A stretch of DNA of 64,000 nt from Methanobacteriota archaeon (GTDB lineage Archaea; Undinarchaeota; Undinarchaeia; Undinarchaeales; Undinarchaeaceae). Each line of letters opens with the position of its first letter. Positions within the stretch are counted from its first letter, which is position 1. Below, piece by piece: positions 1 through 9,334 of this stretch. The stretch covers positions 1 through 64,000 of the forward strand of contig NZBN01000002.1 in assembly GCA_002687935.1 (NCBI GenBank), in the 5' to 3' direction. The notes beneath the pieces are model-generated. The model was not told where the DNA came from, made no database searches, and saw only the letters and a list, made by a program, of their open reading frames with translations. The translations under genes were made by a program, and so were the position numbers.

Positions 1-128
1 CATTATATAATTCTAAAATATTCTCTAAAAGAAATGCAAAAGTTTCAACCTCATCTTGGAAATTATCAGACAAACGCTCTCTTTTTAATTCAAAAGGATC
101 CTTTATTATAAATGAACTAACTACTTCA

Positions 129-698
129 TTATTGTCTTTTATAGAAATAAATTACTCCTACTATTATTGCCACAATTCCTGAAATTCCAAATGATAGTCC
201 TCCCATAAAGGAGAACCATCCAAGCGTTTGATTTGCCTGAGTTATTAAAATATAATTTATTCCTGCATATACAAAGCTCAGTACTGCAGCATAAGTCCCC
301 CATTGAACTGGAGTAAATCCAAATGCCGTTAAACTAAATAAAAGAATTGCCAAGAGTAAGACTATTAACATAACAAGTGTTAGGCCGTTGCTCATTCCTA
401 TTTCATCTGTGCCACTCCAATCAATATTTTCCCAATTCTGAAAACCATTTTTAATAGCTGCTATATGTGTTCCTCCATCTGCACCTGAAGAATAATCTCC
501 AATATATGATCCAAATGCTGGTTGAAATAAGACAAAAATCAATCCAAGTGCACACAAAAGAGGGAGTTCTGCGACCCTTCCGTGTGTGTATTTAAAAGGT
601 TTCAAATTAAAAGATATTTTATCAGAAAATGTGTTTACTCCTGCTCGTTTTTTTGTGTACTTCTTCCAATTTTTTTCTTTACTGTATTTACGTCCCAT
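129..698 (-). CDS. Hypothetical multi-pass membrane protein
   Basis: 189-aa ORF, basic N-terminus, about four hydrophobic segments; no family recognised; visibly AT-rich. Confidence 0.6.
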   Translation of the reverse strand: MGRKYSKEKNWKKYTKKRAGVNTFSDKISFNLKPFKYTHGRVAELPLLCALGLIFVLFQPAFGSYIGDYSSGADGGTHIAAIKNGFQNWENIDWSGTDEIGMSNGLTLVMLIVLLLAILLFSLTAFGFTPVQWGTYAAVLSFVYAGINYILITQANQTLGWFSFMGGLSFGISGIVAIIVGVIYFYKRQ

Positions 699-774
699 AA
701 ACTCGTCTAAGTGTCCAATCTTTTAATACCCTTCCCTCAAAAACCCTTTTATACTTTCGAACTTATCTTGTTGT

Positions 775-1050
775 ATGGAAAATCAAAGAGCAAAGCAGGG
801 AGACAGAGTCTCCGTCGACTACACACTTACTGTTGATGGCGAAGTTATAGACACATCAATTGGTCGTGGCCTCTTCAGCTTCACACTCGGCGCTGGCGAA
901 GTTATACCGGGTTTCGACGACGCTGTAACTGGCATGTCAATCGGCGAAACAAAAACAGTCGAAATTTCTGGAGACAAGGCTTACACCGCGGGTCCGCTCG
1001 CTGGAAAAGTGCTTAATTTCGAACTAACACTGAAGGGAATCGGAGAATAA
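775..1050 (+). CDS. Minimal FKBP-type peptidyl-prolyl cis-trans isomerase
   Basis: GDRVSVDYT, FTLGAGEVIPGFDDAVTGM, LNFELTL FKBP motifs; 91 aa, no insert-in-flap domain. Confidence 0.9.
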   Translation: MENQRAKQGDRVSVDYTLTVDGEVIDTSIGRGLFSFTLGAGEVIPGFDDAVTGMSIGETKTVEISGDKAYTAGPLAGKVLNFELTLKGIGE

Positions 1051-1053
1051 AGC

Positions 1054-1134
1054 TTACTCTTCGTCCTTCTTGCAATTACATTGACAATTGCACTGACATC
1101 CGCCGCCCTTGCAATTGCATTTTTCTTCTTCCAT
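1054..1134 (-). CDS. Cys-rich micropeptide, metallothionein-like (not in ORF track)
   Basis: Hand translation MEEEKCNCKGGGCQCNCQCNCKKDEE*; 7 Cys in CxC spacing; ATG 7 nt after the upstream stop, AGGAGA just upstream. Confidence 0.65.
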   Translation of the reverse strand: MEEEKCNCKGGGCQCNCQCNCKKDEE

Positions 1135-1141
1135 AGTCTTA

Positions 1142-1690
1142 TTATCTCCTATACCCCTTTTCAACACTAAAGTACTCGTCCAAATGCTCCGAGAACTTTT
1201 TCAAAGCATCTTTGTGATTTTTATATTCTATTATGGAGATGTTTTCACTTATTCCGCTCAGAGCTTCTCCGCCTCCTAATATAAGTCTCGAGATGCCCTT
1301 GCCTGCCGGTGCGATGTATATCATCTTCACACCTGATGAAAAAGATTTCTGTATCTCGGCTCCAACTCCGAGGCTTGGGTGCTCCAGAACTGTAACCATC
1401 GCTCCCTTACTTCTGCAATTTATTACTGCCTTCATATCAACTTCGTAGACTTCCATCGGCGAGACATCAGGGTGTTCCTTGGGGTCAGTAACTCTGTGAG
1501 GAACATAGGCGAATCCGCCGTGATTCATAACAACATCAGAAAGTTCTTCGTAGAACTTTTTCATATCTTTAATATTCGAAACGCCTGTAAGTGCACCTGA
1601 AACGTAAAACCAGGGTTTCCCAGGTTCGAATCCCTGCTCACCTAGTCTCTTGTAAAATTTTTCAAGTTCCTTCAAGGACGGTTTAAACAT
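1142..1690 (-). CDS. Nucleoside 2-deoxyribosyltransferase / DNPH1(Rcl)-like nucleotide N-hydrolase
   Basis: YVSGAL, PH, D, PSLGVGAEI and SRLILG resemble the DNPH1 YFxGS..PSLGVGYE..SAMIRG pattern. Confidence 0.65.
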   Translation of the reverse strand: MFKPSLKELEKFYKRLGEQGFEPGKPWFYVSGALTGVSNIKDMKKFYEELSDVVMNHGGFAYVPHRVTDPKEHPDVSPMEVYEVDMKAVINCRSKGAMVTVLEHPSLGVGAEIQKSFSSGVKMIYIAPAGKGISRLILGGGEALSGISENISIIEYKNHKDALKKFSEHLDEYFSVEKGYRR

Positions 1691-1725
1691 ATGTCTCCTC
1701 TGTACTCTTCGTTTATAATTGTTTT

Positions 1726-1971
1726 CTATTTAATCTCAGTGGTGTCGTGCTCTTCGTTGAGCTCCGACTCCGCTCTGCACTCACTGCAGACGAGCTTCCT
1801 TGTGATATTGAATTTCTGACTTTCGCACTTCTCACAGCGATAGCTAAAAAACAATCTATCTGTTTCCTCTCCGCACTTTGCACAGGCCCACGTGGTTTTC
1901 TTGGATTCGACGCAGTTCTTCTGTCCGCATATTTCGCATCCTTCTTGCATTTCTTCTTTCATATTATCCAT
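1726..1971 (-). CDS. Small zinc-finger protein
   Basis: 81 aa with four CxxC pairs (CEIC, CAKC, CEKC, CSEC). Confidence 0.65.
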   Translation of the reverse strand: MDNMKEEMQEGCEICGQKNCVESKKTTWACAKCGEETDRLFFSYRCEKCESQKFNITRKLVCSECRAESELNEEHDTTEIK

Positions 1972-2039
1972 TTTTACAGAGTATATATTAATCTTACCTG
2001 TTGCGAAAAGTATATACTCTTTCCATCCAATGTTTTGTC

Positions 2040-2330
2040 ATGGCAAGCGAAGAAATATGTGGAGAATTAAACAGAGCCTACAAAGAGCTTGAGGGACATA
2101 TTTCCAATGAGCGCTGGAATGATGCTTTTGCAGCCGTGGCTTATCTTAATGGCTATGTCATCGCGCTTAACAACTGCGGACATATTCAGTTTTCTGAAGC
2201 CGGTGCACTGGCACTTGTTTTCCGTGACCTTCTCCTCAGTGTTTCAAAAGAAAAGAAGGGAAAAAGTATTGACACAAACATGGATAAGCTCAGTAAACGC
2301 CTCGAGAAAAATTTCAGAGTCAAGTTTTAG
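2040..2330 (+). CDS. Hypothetical helical protein
   Basis: ORF track 2001..2330; ATG at 2040 (MASEEIC) preferred; 4 nt before the next gene. Confidence 0.5.
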   Translation: MASEEICGELNRAYKELEGHISNERWNDAFAAVAYLNGYVIALNNCGHIQFSEAGALALVFRDLLLSVSKEKKGKSIDTNMDKLSKRLEKNFRVKF

Positions 2331-2334
2331 ATAA

Positions 2335-2733
2335 ATGAATCCCAAAAAAGCAAACGGGGAAATCCTACAGAAGGCTTTCAGAAACAACCCAGGTCCTGAA
2401 ACGGCTTACGAATTGGCTCTTTTCTATTCCAAGAAAAAAGACTTCAAAAAGACCCGAGAGACAGTTGAACGCTATTGGGATACTCTTCATGGGGATACTG
2501 AAAAAAAGTGGTGGTACTCCGTCAAGATATACGAGCTTCTTGGCATTATAAGGCGAAAACAAAAATATTATGCAACTTCTCGCAGGTCTTACATCAATGC
2601 TCTAACAATTTTTAATAAAAATGACTACAATAAAGAGGCAAGGAAACTCCTAGGTCCTCGCTGGCTATGCGCCCGTCGTTTGAAAAAAGGTCGAATAAGA
2701 GCTGAAAAGAAAATACCCCCTCCTATGCGTTGA
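2335..2733 (+). CDS. Hypothetical basic TPR-like protein
   Basis: AYELALFYSKKKDFKK and YELLGIIRRKQKYYATSRRSYINAL resemble TPR helices. Confidence 0.5.
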   Translation: MNPKKANGEILQKAFRNNPGPETAYELALFYSKKKDFKKTRETVERYWDTLHGDTEKKWWYSVKIYELLGIIRRKQKYYATSRRSYINALTIFNKNDYNKEARKLLGPRWLCARRLKKGRIRAEKKIPPPMR

Positions 2734-2776
2734 AGTAATGTTTATTAAGTGAGTCTTTGATATAAAAAGAACTGTT

Positions 2777-2850
2777 GGGCCCGTGGTCTAGCTCGGTATG
2801 ACGTTTCCTTGACGTGGAAAAGATCACCGGTTCGAATCCGGTCGGGCCCA
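2777..2850 (+). tRNA. tRNA-Val(GAC)
   Basis: Acceptor GGGCCCG/CGGGCCC, anticodon stem TTTCC/GGAAA with loop TTGACGT, T arm ACCGG-TTCGAAT-CCGGT; no intron, CCA not encoded. Confidence 0.97.
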
Positions 2851-2891
2851 CTAGGTTTTTTGTGCATCTTTTTTTCTAAAAAAGTGCTTCT

Positions 2892-2910
2892 GAGTCCAGT
2901 CGGGCCCACT
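2892..2910 (+). repeat. Imperfect direct repeat of the tRNA-Val 3' end (att-like)
   Basis: GAGTCCAGTCGGGCCCACT vs GAATCCGGTCGGGCCCACT at 2834-2852, 17/19 identical. Confidence 0.75.
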
Positions 2911-2914
2911 TGAA

Positions 2915-3388
2915 TTATTCTTTTCGATAAGTAACAATATCAAAGCCTTCCTGCTTATCCCGGGAAACTTCCTTCCACTCTTCTCCGAATTCTGGGAAAA
3001 ATACATTTCCTTCATAGTCTTCAGGAATTTCTGAAAGTATCATTTTTGTAGCTGTTCCAAGGGCTTCGGCGTAGACGCTTGAGCCTCCGATTATGAAAAT
3101 TTTATTGTAGCCTTTGTCTTCGCAAAGCTGAACTGCTTCGTCAAGAGACCTGCTGATATATGAGCCATCAATTTCATTCATGCTTCTGCTAAGAATAATA
3201 TTCAGCCTTTCCGGAAGTGCTTTTCCTCCTCCAATTGACTCGAAGGTTCTGCGTCCCATAATAACGGCATTTCCTCTGGTAGTTTCCTTAAAATGCTTCA
3301 AATCTTCTGGGAGGCTCCACGGTAGGCTGTTGTCTTTTCCAATAACTCTGTTCTTTGCAAGCGCGGCGATTATGATTATTTCTGTCAT
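2915..3388 (-). CDS. folA: Dihydrofolate reductase
   Basis: IGKDNSLPW..EDLKHFK, IMGRRTFES, LPERLNIILS, IIGG motifs. Confidence 0.97.
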   Translation of the reverse strand: MTEIIIIAALAKNRVIGKDNSLPWSLPEDLKHFKETTRGNAVIMGRRTFESIGGGKALPERLNIILSRSMNEIDGSYISRSLDEAVQLCEDKGYNKIFIIGGSSVYAEALGTATKMILSEIPEDYEGNVFFPEFGEEWKEVSRDKQEGFDIVTYRKE

Positions 3389-4227
3389 ACTGCTACCTTG
3401 AAGCGTATAGATTCGTGCGGATTGTAGTCTTTAAGCTGGAAGTCCTCAAATTTGAGCTCGTTTATAGGCTTCTGTGCGATTTCCAGCGTCGGAAGCTCAC
3501 GTGGCTCCCGTTCTAGCTGCATTTTCAGACCTTCTAGATGGTCATATTCTTCCATCCCTGAGCCAGGCTTTGCGTGGTATATGTGCGCGTCCACTAAGGT
3601 GTGGCTGAACTCTCCGGCTTTGAATCCGGTTTCCTGGGCCATAATCTGTGTAAGCGCTGCATAGCAGGCTATATTGAAAGGCACTCCAAGTGCTATATCT
3701 GCCGAGCGCTGAGTCAGATGGCAGTTTAGTCTGTCCTTCTGTACATTGAAAACATAGGTATAGTGACAAGGAGGCAGTTTGCTTACTGTGGCATTTCCTG
3801 GCTCCCATGCTGTAACGACCATTCTCCTGCTGGAGGGGTCATTTTTCAGTGTGTCAATTACGTACTGAATCTGGTCAATCTCCTTAACCTGCCAGTTTCC
3901 AGCAGAATCCTTCTTTGCAGAAGGAAATTTCCTCCAGAAATGTCCGTATGCAGTTTCCAGATTTCCTTCATCGTCCGCCCAGGCGTCCCATATCTTTGTA
4001 TGCTTTCTCAAATTTCGTATGTGGTCTTCTCCTGAAAGATACCAGAGAAGTTCGTGAATTACTGCATTGAAATTAACCTTCTTTGTTGTCAGGAGAGGAT
4101 ACTTTTTTGAAAGATCAACTTTGTAGTTGGCTCCGAAATAAGATATGGTTCCTACTCCAGTCCGTTCATTGTGCTTGTACTCGCCCTTGTCCATAACGAG
4201 TTTTACTAAATCAAGATACTCTTTCAT
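3385..4227 (-). CDS. thyA: Thymidylate synthase ThyA
   Basis: ERTGVGT, HELLWYL, SRRM, LPPCH, QRSADIALGVPFN, DAHIY. Confidence 0.98.
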   Translation of the reverse strand: MKEYLDLVKLVMDKGEYKHNERTGVGTISYFGANYKVDLSKKYPLLTTKKVNFNAVIHELLWYLSGEDHIRNLRKHTKIWDAWADDEGNLETAYGHFWRKFPSAKKDSAGNWQVKEIDQIQYVIDTLKNDPSSRRMVVTAWEPGNATVSKLPPCHYTYVFNVQKDRLNCHLTQRSADIALGVPFNIACYAALTQIMAQETGFKAGEFSHTLVDAHIYHAKPGSGMEEYDHLEGLKMQLEREPRELPTLEIAQKPINELKFEDFQLKDYNPHESIRFKVAV

Positions 4228-4234
4228 TTCTCCC

Positions 4235-5041
4235 TCATTCCACTATAGGCTCCGGCTGTTTAAATTTATTACTTTTACCAAGAAGGAATTCCTCAAACCA
4301 GTCTGCCGCCATTTTCGCAGCCTGTATTCTTTCAAATTCCTCTGAAAACATATGACCTGCTGACGTTATTATTCTAACGTCTTTCATCGCCGTGGCATTG
4401 TTGAAAAGTTGTTCAGCATTTATCATAGTTACTATCTTGTCCTGGCTTCCATGAATTATTCTTATTGGAATTGTCAAATCTTTTATTAGCTCTGCTGCAT
4501 CGTACTTTCCAAAGTCTTCATAAAATGCGAAGGGTATTTCTACCTCTCCCCACTTCTCCAGTTTGAAGGTTCTCTTTCCCCTTGCGTTCCAATCTTCAAC
4601 ATGGTCTTTGAAAAGAACATCGTTGTCAAGATTTGCTATTGCACCGAAGGTTACAATTGCCTTTGGTCGGCTGTCCTTCGATGAGAATACTATTGAGTCA
4701 AAACCTCCTAATGAGTGTCCGGCGATTCCTATTTTTTCAAAGCCCTTTGTTTCAAGGTAGTCGAATGCCGCCTTTATGTCATCAAGCTGATTTGTCACTG
4801 TTAAATGCTGGCAGTCTCCTTCTGATTCGAGCATGCAGTCTGAAAAATCGAAGCGGAGAACAGCAATTCCCCGGGAGTGTATAGCCTCTGCCGTTTCGTG
4901 CAGAATCTTCATTTCCTTAAATCCTCCAAAGCCGTGGCAGAGAACAACCGCGCTCTTGCTATCTGGTGCTTCATTCATAATTCCTGCAAGTTCGAGCTCT
5001 CTGGAGTTCTTGAACTTTACCTGCGTGTGCTCTCCTGTCAT
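4235..5041 (-). CDS. Alpha/beta-hydrolase (esterase family)
   Basis: CHGFGG, GHSLGG nucleophile elbow, IHGSQD, GHMF triad elements. Confidence 0.88.
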   Translation of the reverse strand: MTGEHTQVKFKNSRELELAGIMNEAPDSKSAVVLCHGFGGFKEMKILHETAEAIHSRGIAVLRFDFSDCMLESEGDCQHLTVTNQLDDIKAAFDYLETKGFEKIGIAGHSLGGFDSIVFSSKDSRPKAIVTFGAIANLDNDVLFKDHVEDWNARGKRTFKLEKWGEVEIPFAFYEDFGKYDAAELIKDLTIPIRIIHGSQDKIVTMINAEQLFNNATAMKDVRIITSAGHMFSEEFERIQAAKMAADWFEEFLLGKSNKFKQPEPIVE

Positions 5042-6366
5042 TATACTAAAAGAATATCTGGGTCTGCAAGATGCCTTATTATTTCACTTACGAAGCGAGC
5101 GGCATTTGCACCGTCAAGGACTCTGTGGTCAAAGGAAAGTGAAATTGGCATAATCTTTCTGACTTCAGGCTTTCCATCCTTTCCGGGAACTAACTTGTCA
5201 TATATTTTTCCGAGTCCGAGTATTGCGACTTCAGGTGGTCTTATTATCGGAGTTGCGTAAAGTCCTCCGAGGCTTCCTATATTTGTTACAGTTATTGAAC
5301 CCCCCTGCATATCCATTATATTTATCTTTCTAGATCTTGCGACTTCTGCCAGTTCCTGCATCTCCTTTGCAAGTGTCATAAGATTTTTCTGCTCAGAGCG
5401 TTTCAGGACAGGAACCATAAGACCGGCTTCTGTGTCAACTGCGAATCCTATGTTGTAATACTGCTTGATAATGAGTTCTTCATTTTCCTCGTCATAACTG
5501 GCATTAAAATCAGGATATTTTTTCAGGGCTCCCATGAGTGCCTTTATTATGAAAGGAAGGTAGGTCAGATGGATTCCCTGTTCAGAGGCTATTTCCTTTT
5601 CCCTTTTTCTTACTTCAACAAGTTCTGTAACGTCGGCTTCGTCTATGTGAGTTACATGAGGTATTTCGCTCCAAGACTTTACCATCGTCTTTGCAATTGT
5701 TTTCCTTATCATGGAAAGAGGAACCCGTTTTACGTAACCGTACATATCATATTTTTTTACAACTCTGATTTTCTTCTCTTCTTTCCCATCTGCTACCTTT
5801 TCATCACTTTTCGGAGCTTCTACCTTCTTTTCAGGCTCCTTCTCAACAACCTTCTCTCCGGGAGATGCGGCCTTTACGTCCTTGACACTTATTGCACCAT
5901 CTGGTCCGCTTCCCTTTAGTGATGATAAGTCTATCTTCATTTCTTTCGCAAGTTTTCTTGCGGCTGGAACTGCTTTTATGTGCTCTGAAGGTGCTGAGGA
6001 CTTTCTTCCCTGAAGTCCTGCAGGAAGAACTCCTCCTGCCTTTGTTGAGACATCTCCTACAATTCCGACTGATTCCTTTGGTTTTTCTTCAGCTTTTGGA
6101 GCTTCTGCTTTTTCTACAGGCTCTTCTTCCTCATCTTCATAAGATACTAAAACTTCTCCTACGTGTACGGTTCCTCCTACAGGAATTTTCAGTTCTTTAA
6201 TTACACCATCATAAGGAGAAGGCATTTCAACAATTGCCTTGTCTGTTTCAATTTCTCCAATTATCTGGTCTTCTTCGACCTTGTCACCGGGCTTTACAAC
6301 CCACTTTACAATCTTTCCCTCGGAAATTCCTTCTCCAACATCCGGGAACTTAAATTCCTTTACCAT
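5041..6366 (-). CDS. pdhC: 2-oxoacid (pyruvate) dehydrogenase E2, dihydrolipoamide acyltransferase
   Basis: Lipoyl domain EIETDKA, binding domain PAARKLAKE..GSGPDGAI, catalytic DHRVLDG. Confidence 0.95.
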   Translation of the reverse strand: MVKEFKFPDVGEGISEGKIVKWVVKPGDKVEEDQIIGEIETDKAIVEMPSPYDGVIKELKIPVGGTVHVGEVLVSYEDEEEEPVEKAEAPKAEEKPKESVGIVGDVSTKAGGVLPAGLQGRKSSAPSEHIKAVPAARKLAKEMKIDLSSLKGSGPDGAISVKDVKAASPGEKVVEKEPEKKVEAPKSDEKVADGKEEKKIRVVKKYDMYGYVKRVPLSMIRKTIAKTMVKSWSEIPHVTHIDEADVTELVEVRKREKEIASEQGIHLTYLPFIIKALMGALKKYPDFNASYDEENEELIIKQYYNIGFAVDTEAGLMVPVLKRSEQKNLMTLAKEMQELAEVARSRKINIMDMQGGSITVTNIGSLGGLYATPIIRPPEVAILGLGKIYDKLVPGKDGKPEVRKIMPISLSFDHRVLDGANAARFVSEIIRHLADPDILLV

Positions 6367-7343
6367 CAGGCTTCAAGAACCTCCTTTGCTCCTAGGTATA
6401 CTTTGTTTCCGTCAGGGAAGTAACAGTCCTCTCCCATTGGAAGTGGTATAACTATATCGTATCCAGTAACTCGTTTTATCGGCGCTTCGAGGCTGTAGAA
6501 TGCCCTTTCATTTATTCTTGCCATAATTTCGGCTCCCATTCCACCAGTTCTTGCTGCTTCATGTACTATAATACATCGTCCTGTCTTTTTTACTGATTTT
6601 ATAATTGTGTCGTGGTCCATCGGGCTGATGGTTCTCAAATCTATTACCTCTGGATTTACTCCTTCTTTAACAAGCTTTTCAGCGGCTTCCAAAGTTGATC
6701 TCATCATCGAGCCCCAACTAACCATCGTTATGTCGCTTCCCTCGACCAAGACATTTGCCTTTCCTATTGGGATTTCATAGGCTTCTTCAGGGACTTCCTG
6801 TTTTATGCTTCTGTACAGCTTCTTCGGCTCAAGAAATATTACAGGGTCTGGGTCCTTTATTGCTGAAATAAGAAGCCCTTTAGCGTCGTAAGGGGTGGAG
6901 GGCATAACAACTTTCAGACCTGCGGTATGAGCAAAAAAGGTCTCAGTACTTTCAGAGTGATGTTCAAGAGCCTTTACTCCGCCTTGACAGGGCATTCTGA
7001 TAACTAATGGACAGGAGTATTTCCCTCGGCTTCGGTTTCTCATCCTTGCGGCATGAGCTACTATTTGTTGCATTGCAGGAAGGACGAAGCCCATAAATTG
7101 TATTTCCGCTACTGGTTTGAAGCCCTTTATTGAAAGACCAATTGAGCTTCCAACTATTCCAGCTTCGGCAAGCGGTGTGTCAAAAACACGTTTATTTCCA
7201 TATTTTTTCAAAAGTCCGTCTGTTACTCTGAAAACTCCTCCGTCGACTCCGACATCTTCTCCAAGAATTATAACACTCTTATCTTCTTTCATCATATTAT
7301 CCATGGCAGAATTCAAAGCCTGAACCATGTGCATTTCCGTCAT
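6366..7343 (-). CDS. pdhB: 2-oxoacid (pyruvate) dehydrogenase E1 beta
   Basis: GEDVGVDGGVFRVT, DTPLAE, EIQF, EHHS, DLRTISP. Confidence 0.95.
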   Translation of the reverse strand: MTEMHMVQALNSAMDNMMKEDKSVIILGEDVGVDGGVFRVTDGLLKKYGNKRVFDTPLAEAGIVGSSIGLSIKGFKPVAEIQFMGFVLPAMQQIVAHAARMRNRSRGKYSCPLVIRMPCQGGVKALEHHSESTETFFAHTAGLKVVMPSTPYDAKGLLISAIKDPDPVIFLEPKKLYRSIKQEVPEEAYEIPIGKANVLVEGSDITMVSWGSMMRSTLEAAEKLVKEGVNPEVIDLRTISPMDHDTIIKSVKKTGRCIIVHEAARTGGMGAEIMARINERAFYSLEAPIKRVTGYDIVIPLPMGEDCYFPDGNKVYLGAKEVLEA

Positions 7344-8449
7344 TCTTTATCCTCCTTTGATTTCCTGCAGGCAAGCATTTCTTCCTGCTGTTCCTTGAGA
7401 TAGGGGTACATTTCTGCGTAAGTATATTCGAAGTAGGCTTTTGCAGGAGGATTTGTAAATGCCTCAGCCATTTTTATCTCATTCTTGATCATTTCCTTAA
7501 TCTTCGCCTGCAATTCTTCTTCATATTTCTCCGTCCAAATTTTCTTAGATTTCAAATATTTTCTAAATCTGAGTATAGGGTCTTTTTTCTTCCATTCATC
7601 GACTTCTTTCTGATCTCTGTATTTTGTTGGGTCATCTGATGTCGTATGATATCCTATTCTGTATGTAAATGCCTCTATCAAGCTTGGACCCTTTCCTGAA
7701 CGGGCTCTATCAAGGGCGTGTTTTGTTATATTGTACATTGCCAGAATATCATTTCCGTCAACTTTTATTCCGGGCATTCCGTAAGCAATTGATTTCTGTG
7801 CAATAGTTTCTGATGCAGTCTGCTTCTCAATAGGAACTGATATTGCATATTGGTTGTTGTTACACATGAAAACTGTGTTTGTCTTGAATACGGCGGCAAA
7901 ATTCATTGCCTCGTGGAATTCCCCTTCTGATGTCGCCCCGTCTCCGAAAAATGTCAGTGTCGCCGCCTTCTCCTCATTTAGAGCCTGAGCCCATCCAATT
8001 CCTGCTCCATGAAGTGTCTGCGAACCGACAGGTATAGAGACTGGAAGCATATTTATTCCATCTGGAAGGACGGCTCCTTCTTCACTTCCCTTCCAGTAAA
8101 GGTAAATGTTGTGAAGTTCCATTCCTCTGACCAGATAAATTCCGGTTTCCCGGAATGCGGGGACTACCCAGTCTTCCTTGTCAAGAGCAAAGGCGCTTCC
8201 TATATGGAGGGCTTCGTGTCCTGCAACTGGGGCGAATGTAAGCATTCTTCCCTGTCTCTGCAGACTCACTGCTTTTTCATCAGAGACTCTAGTGTAAAGC
8301 ATGTAGAAGTACATCTCCTTTAACTGCTCGTCAGAGAGCTTCGGCTCATCTCCAACTATTTTTCCGTTCTTGTCAAGAACTTGATAGACCTGCCCATCAA
8401 GCGGTTTGAATGCTTCAAATAAGTCCTTCTTCTTTGCCATTTCTCCCAT
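7340..8449 (-). CDS. pdhA: 2-oxoacid (pyruvate) dehydrogenase E1 alpha
   Basis: TPP motif GDGATSEG...NN, YRIGYHTTSDDP; start may be ATG 8440. Confidence 0.95.
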   Translation of the reverse strand: MGEMAKKKDLFEAFKPLDGQVYQVLDKNGKIVGDEPKLSDEQLKEMYFYMLYTRVSDEKAVSLQRQGRMLTFAPVAGHEALHIGSAFALDKEDWVVPAFRETGIYLVRGMELHNIYLYWKGSEEGAVLPDGINMLPVSIPVGSQTLHGAGIGWAQALNEEKAATLTFFGDGATSEGEFHEAMNFAAVFKTNTVFMCNNNQYAISVPIEKQTASETIAQKSIAYGMPGIKVDGNDILAMYNITKHALDRARSGKGPSLIEAFTYRIGYHTTSDDPTKYRDQKEVDEWKKKDPILRFRKYLKSKKIWTEKYEEELQAKIKEMIKNEIKMAEAFTNPPAKAYFEYTYAEMYPYLKEQQEEMLACRKSKEDKE

Positions 8450-9320
8450 TCACTATGTTTTTGATGTAATATTCTCCAGCTTTATAAGAGCTTCGAACTA
8501 ATGGTCCTGAGGCAACATACTCAAAGCCCATCCTAAGTCCTTTCTCTTCATATTTTTTGAAAATATCAGGATGTACAAATTCTTTTACAGGGTAATGTCT
8601 TTCTGTCGGTCTCAGATATTGACCTATTGTCAGAAAATTTACATTCGCTTTTCGCAGGTCTTTCATAGCCGTCAAAACCTCTTCCTGACTTTCTCCAACT
8701 CCTACCATTATCGATGACTTTGTTGGCATTTTACTGTCTATTTTTTTTACAGCCCTTAGTGTTTCAAGGGATTTTTCATAACTGGCTCTTGGGTCTCTTA
8801 TTTTGCTCTGAAGCTCTTTAACGACTTCTATATTGTGAGCATAGACATCTGGTTTGGCCTTAACAACATTCTTTATTTGTTTCTCATTAGAAAAGAAATC
8901 TGGAGTCAGAACTTCGATAAGAGTGTCGGGGCACTGTTTCTGTATAGCTCTGATACATTTTGCAAAATGTTCTGAGCCTCCGTCCGGAAGTTCATCTCTG
9001 TTTACTGATGTTATTACTACGTACTCAACTCCAAAATTTTCTATGGCTTCTGCCAATTTTTCAGGCTCTTCAGAATCCGGAGGCTTTTTTGGTATTCCTG
9101 TTTTTATATCGCAAAATCGGCAGGCTCTCGTACAGGTGTCTCCCATTATCATAAAAGTTGCAGTTCCCTGTGTCCAACATTCGCTGATATTCGGACAGCT
9201 CGCTTCTTCACATACTGTTGACACGCCGGAATTTTTGACAATAGCCTGTGTTTTAGAAAATCGTCTGCTAGTCGGAAGTTTAATCTTAAACCAGTCTGGC
9301 TTTTTTGCTTGTTCAGCCAT
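8415..9320 (-). CDS. lipA: Lipoyl synthase
   Basis: CEEASCPNISEC and radical-SAM CTRACRFC, RSSY. Confidence 0.97.
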   Translation of the reverse strand: MAEQAKKPDWFKIKLPTSRRFSKTQAIVKNSGVSTVCEEASCPNISECWTQGTATFMIMGDTCTRACRFCDIKTGIPKKPPDSEEPEKLAEAIENFGVEYVVITSVNRDELPDGGSEHFAKCIRAIQKQCPDTLIEVLTPDFFSNEKQIKNVVKAKPDVYAHNIEVVKELQSKIRDPRASYEKSLETLRAVKKIDSKMPTKSSIMVGVGESQEEVLTAMKDLRKANVNFLTIGQYLRPTERHYPVKEFVHPDIFKKYEEKGLRMGFEYVASGPLVRSSYKAGEYYIKNIVNGRNGKEEGLI

Positions 9321-9334
9321 GCTAATAAATGGGA

